This document shows positions 24,603 through 26,973 of a stretch of 26,973 bases of DNA, piece by piece. Each line of letters opens with the position of its first letter. Positions within the stretch are counted from its first letter, which is position 1. The translations under genes and the position numbers were made by a program. The stretch comes from Archangium sp. Lineage in GTDB: Bacteria > Myxococcota > Myxococcia > Myxococcales > Myxococcaceae. Under the pieces are notes generated by a model. The model made no database searches and was not told where the DNA came from. It saw only the letters and a program-made list of their open reading frames with translations. Location of the stretch: positions 1 to 26,973 of the forward strand of contig JANLPS010000084.1 of the NCBI GenBank assembly GCA_031367385.1. Reading direction: 5' to 3'.

Positions 24603-26771
24603 GTGGCCATCTCCAGCGCTGATGTGAACAGCACCGGCATCGACCCCCAGTACTATCTGCGGGTCATTCTTCAGCGCAAGTGGCTGATTCTGCTCGTTTT
24701 TCTGTCGGTGGTCGGCGCGGTCACCTTGTTCACGACCCGCCAGCCCAAGGTCTATTCGGCGCAGATCAGCCTGATCATCGACCCCAAAGAGCCGCGCTTT
24801 CTCGATTCGCAGATTCAAGACATCAACAACGACCCCTACGCGACCTTCTGGTCGAACAAAGAATACGTCGAGACCCAGTTCAAGATCATCACCAGCCGGG
24901 CGGTCTCGCAGCGGGTGGTCGACAAGCGGGGGCTCAACGCGAACCCTGACTTTCTGGGCCTGAGCCAGGTGCCCGAGGCGCAGCGCGAAGCGTTGATGAA
25001 GCGCGTCGATGCCGTCGCCATCTTGCAGGGCAAGATCAAGGTCGAGCCGCTCAAAGAGTCACGCGTCTCGCTGATCAAGATCGAAGACAGCGACCCCGAG
25101 CGCGCGTCGTACCTCGCCAATGAAGTGGCCCAGGCCTACATCGACGAGACGCTCGATCAGCGCCTCAAGATGACCGAGAACGCCTCGAAGTGGCTCGACG
25201 AGCGCCGCGACAGCCTCGACGAGAGCGCCAAGGCCAGCGAAATCGCGCTCTACACGTTTCGCAGGCAGCAAGACATGCTCAGCGCCAGCATCGACGACCG
25301 CGCGAGCATGGTCAGCACCAGGCTCCAAGCCACCAGCACCGCCCTGACCGCGGCCCAGCTGCGCATCGCCGACCTGAAGGCCCGCGTCGCCGCCATTCGC
25401 AGCGTGCAGTCGCGTCAGGGCGCCGATGATCAGCTCTGGGCCGAAGCCCTGCCCGCAGCGCGCGAGAACCAGAGCCTCGCCGAGTACAAGAAGCGCTTCA
25501 TCACCCTGCGCAACGAGTGCGCCGAGCTGCAATCGCGCTATCTCGAAGGGCACCCCAAGCTGCTCGAGTGCCGCGAGAAGCTGGGCGGCGCCGAGAAAGA
25601 ATTCGCCCGCGAGCTCTCGAACCTGGTCATTTCGTCTGAGGCCGAGCTCAAAGAGGCGACCGAGAAAGAGCACAACCTCTCGGCCCTCTTCGCCGAAGCC
25701 AAGACCGAGGCCTTCGAGGTCGAGAAGAAGAAGCTCGAGCTCGATCGGCTCAAATCAGAGTCAGACAGCAACAAGCGGCAATACGACTCGGTGTTCAAGC
25801 GCCTCAAAGACATCGAGCTGTCGGGTCTGCTGCGCACCTCGAACGTTCGAATTCTCGACGCGGCGCGCCCCCAGTTCGCTCCGATTCGACCCAACGTGCC
25901 TCAGGCCGTGTTGATCGGCGTGGTCGCGGGCCTGCTGCTCGGCCTGGGCCTGGCACTGGTGCTCGAGTTTCTCGACTCGTCGGTCACCTCGCAGCAAGAA
26001 ATCGAAGAGCGCCTGGGGCTCTCGTTCTTGGGCTTCGTGCCCACCATCCCCGATGCGGTGGGAGAGGTGAAAGACCTGTACATGCACCATGAGCCCAAGT
26101 CGCTCATCGCCGAGTGCACGCGCGTGATTCGCACCAACCTGCTGTTCATGTCGCCCGACAAGCCGTTCAAGCGCATGTTGATCACCTCGAGCGGCCCGCA
26201 AGAGGGCAAGTCGACCACGGTGATCAACCTGGGCATCGCGATGGCCCAGAGCGGCAACAAGGTGCTGGTCATCGACACCGACATGCGCCGCCCCCGCCTC
26301 CACAAGGCCTTCGGCGTGCCCAACGACGTGGGCGTCTCGTCGCTGCTGGTCGGTGATGTCACCATCGAGAGCGCGATCAAGACCACCGAAGTGCCCGGGC
26401 TGTTCTTGCTCTCGTGCGGCCCGGTGCCCCCGAACCCGGCTGAGCTGCTGCACACCAAGGCCTTCTCTGAACTGCTGACGCAGCTGGGCACCCGCTTCGA
26501 TCGCATCGTGCTCGACAGCCCTCCGGTCGGAGCCGTCTCTGATGCGGTGGTCTTGGCCACTCTGGTCGACGGCGTGGTGCTGGTGCTCAAAGCCGGTAAG
26601 ACCCAGAGCGACACCGCGCGTCGCACGGTTCGAATGCTGCGCGACGTGAAGGCGCCCTTGTTCGGAGCGGTGCTCAACGACGTCGACCTCGAGCGCACCA
26701 AGTACGGCGATTACTATTACGGGTACGCCTATCGGTACTACGGGTACGGCGACTCGAAAAACGAAGCGTGA
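24603..26771 (+). CDS. wzc: Polysaccharide co-polymerase/BY-kinase (Wzc/GumC family)
   Basis: Wzz-like N-terminus with TM, periplasmic coiled coil (YLEGHPKL), second TM, Walker A GPQEGKST, A' VIDTDMRRP, B IVLDSPP, C-terminal Tyr cluster YGDYYYGYAYRYYGYG. Confidence 0.93.
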   Translation: MAISSADVNSTGIDPQYYLRVILQRKWLILLVFLSVVGAVTLFTTRQPKVYSAQISLIIDPKEPRFLDSQIQDINNDPYATFWSNKEYVETQFKIITSRAVSQRVVDKRGLNANPDFLGLSQVPEAQREALMKRVDAVAILQGKIKVEPLKESRVSLIKIEDSDPERASYLANEVAQAYIDETLDQRLKMTENASKWLDERRDSLDESAKASEIALYTFRRQQDMLSASIDDRASMVSTRLQATSTALTAAQLRIADLKARVAAIRSVQSRQGADDQLWAEALPAARENQSLAEYKKRFITLRNECAELQSRYLEGHPKLLECREKLGGAEKEFARELSNLVISSEAELKEATEKEHNLSALFAEAKTEAFEVEKKKLELDRLKSESDSNKRQYDSVFKRLKDIELSGLLRTSNVRILDAARPQFAPIRPNVPQAVLIGVVAGLLLGLGLALVLEFLDSSVTSQQEIEERLGLSFLGFVPTIPDAVGEVKDLYMHHEPKSLIAECTRVIRTNLLFMSPDKPFKRMLITSSGPQEGKSTTVINLGIAMAQSGNKVLVIDTDMRRPRLHKAFGVPNDVGVSSLLVGDVTIESAIKTTEVPGLFLLSCGPVPPNPAELLHTKAFSELLTQLGTRFDRIVLDSPPVGAVSDAVVLATLVDGVVLVLKAGKTQSDTARRTVRMLRDVKAPLFGAVLNDVDLERTKYGDYYYGYAYRYYGYGDSKNEA

Positions 26772-26973
26772 GCCCTTCGCTGAGCCCCGACGCCGAGGTC
26801 GGCGGCTTTCGCATCAAGCGGCTGGTCGGCGTCGGCGCGACCGGCGAAATCTACCAGGCCGTCGATGAACGGCTGGGTCGCAAGGTCGCGCTCAAGCTGC
26901 TCAAGCCCGCCGTCGTCGACGAGAGATCGGTGCAGCGCTTCATCGACGAGGCCCGCACCACCGCGCGCTTGAG
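26768..26973 (+). CDS. Hanks-type Ser/Thr protein kinase, N-terminal fragment (runs off the window)
   Basis: Not in the ORF track. GTG 26768 reads MSPSLSPDAEVGGFRIKRLVGVGATGEIYQAVDERLGRKVALKLLK...RFIDEARTTARL (Gly loop, VALK Lys, alphaC Glu). Confidence 0.9.
   Translation, partial: MSPSLSPDAEVGGFRIKRLVGVGATGEIYQAVDERLGRKVALKLLKPAVVDERSVQRFIDEARTTARL

Noticed and set aside
1..26973. tRNA/rRNA, IS, integrase, prophage or defence genes
   Set aside because: No such motifs, terminal repeats or large compositional shifts were seen; the window is almost fully tiled by ordinary CDS.

Overview
High-GC bacterial chromosomal window that looks myxobacterial (inferred from a Hanks-type kinase, an 'NAAIIA-QAG'-type chemoreceptor, DAG/DGG-linker lipoprotein and short uncharged signal peptides). 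About 24 CDS; no rRNA, tRNA, CRISPR array or mobile element was seen. The left third (1-10.8 kb) is a putative nucleoside-salvage neighbourhood. On the + strand: deoC with an unusual ~80-aa helix plus Cys-rich N-terminal extension, a phosphohexomutase-family mutase and a likely outer-membrane beta-barrel. Converging on them from the - strand: a Nup-type (CUT2) ABC ATPase and two permeases, headed not by the usual BMP lipoprotein but by a 1048-aa fusion of a very long (~64-heptad) chemoreceptor to a complete family-5 solute-binding domain that should lie in the cytoplasm. This fusion operon is the best candidate for an undescribed system. The middle holds a PanE-like reductase, a transglutaminase-like secreted protein, a CECPxH-motif protein, an MDR/LysR pair, an M23 peptidase, astA and an M20 peptidase. 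The right part holds surface-polysaccharide genes (asnB-like amidotransferase, GT4, YdcF, wzc overlapping a Ser/Thr kinase). All calls come from motif recognition by eye; no database search was run.
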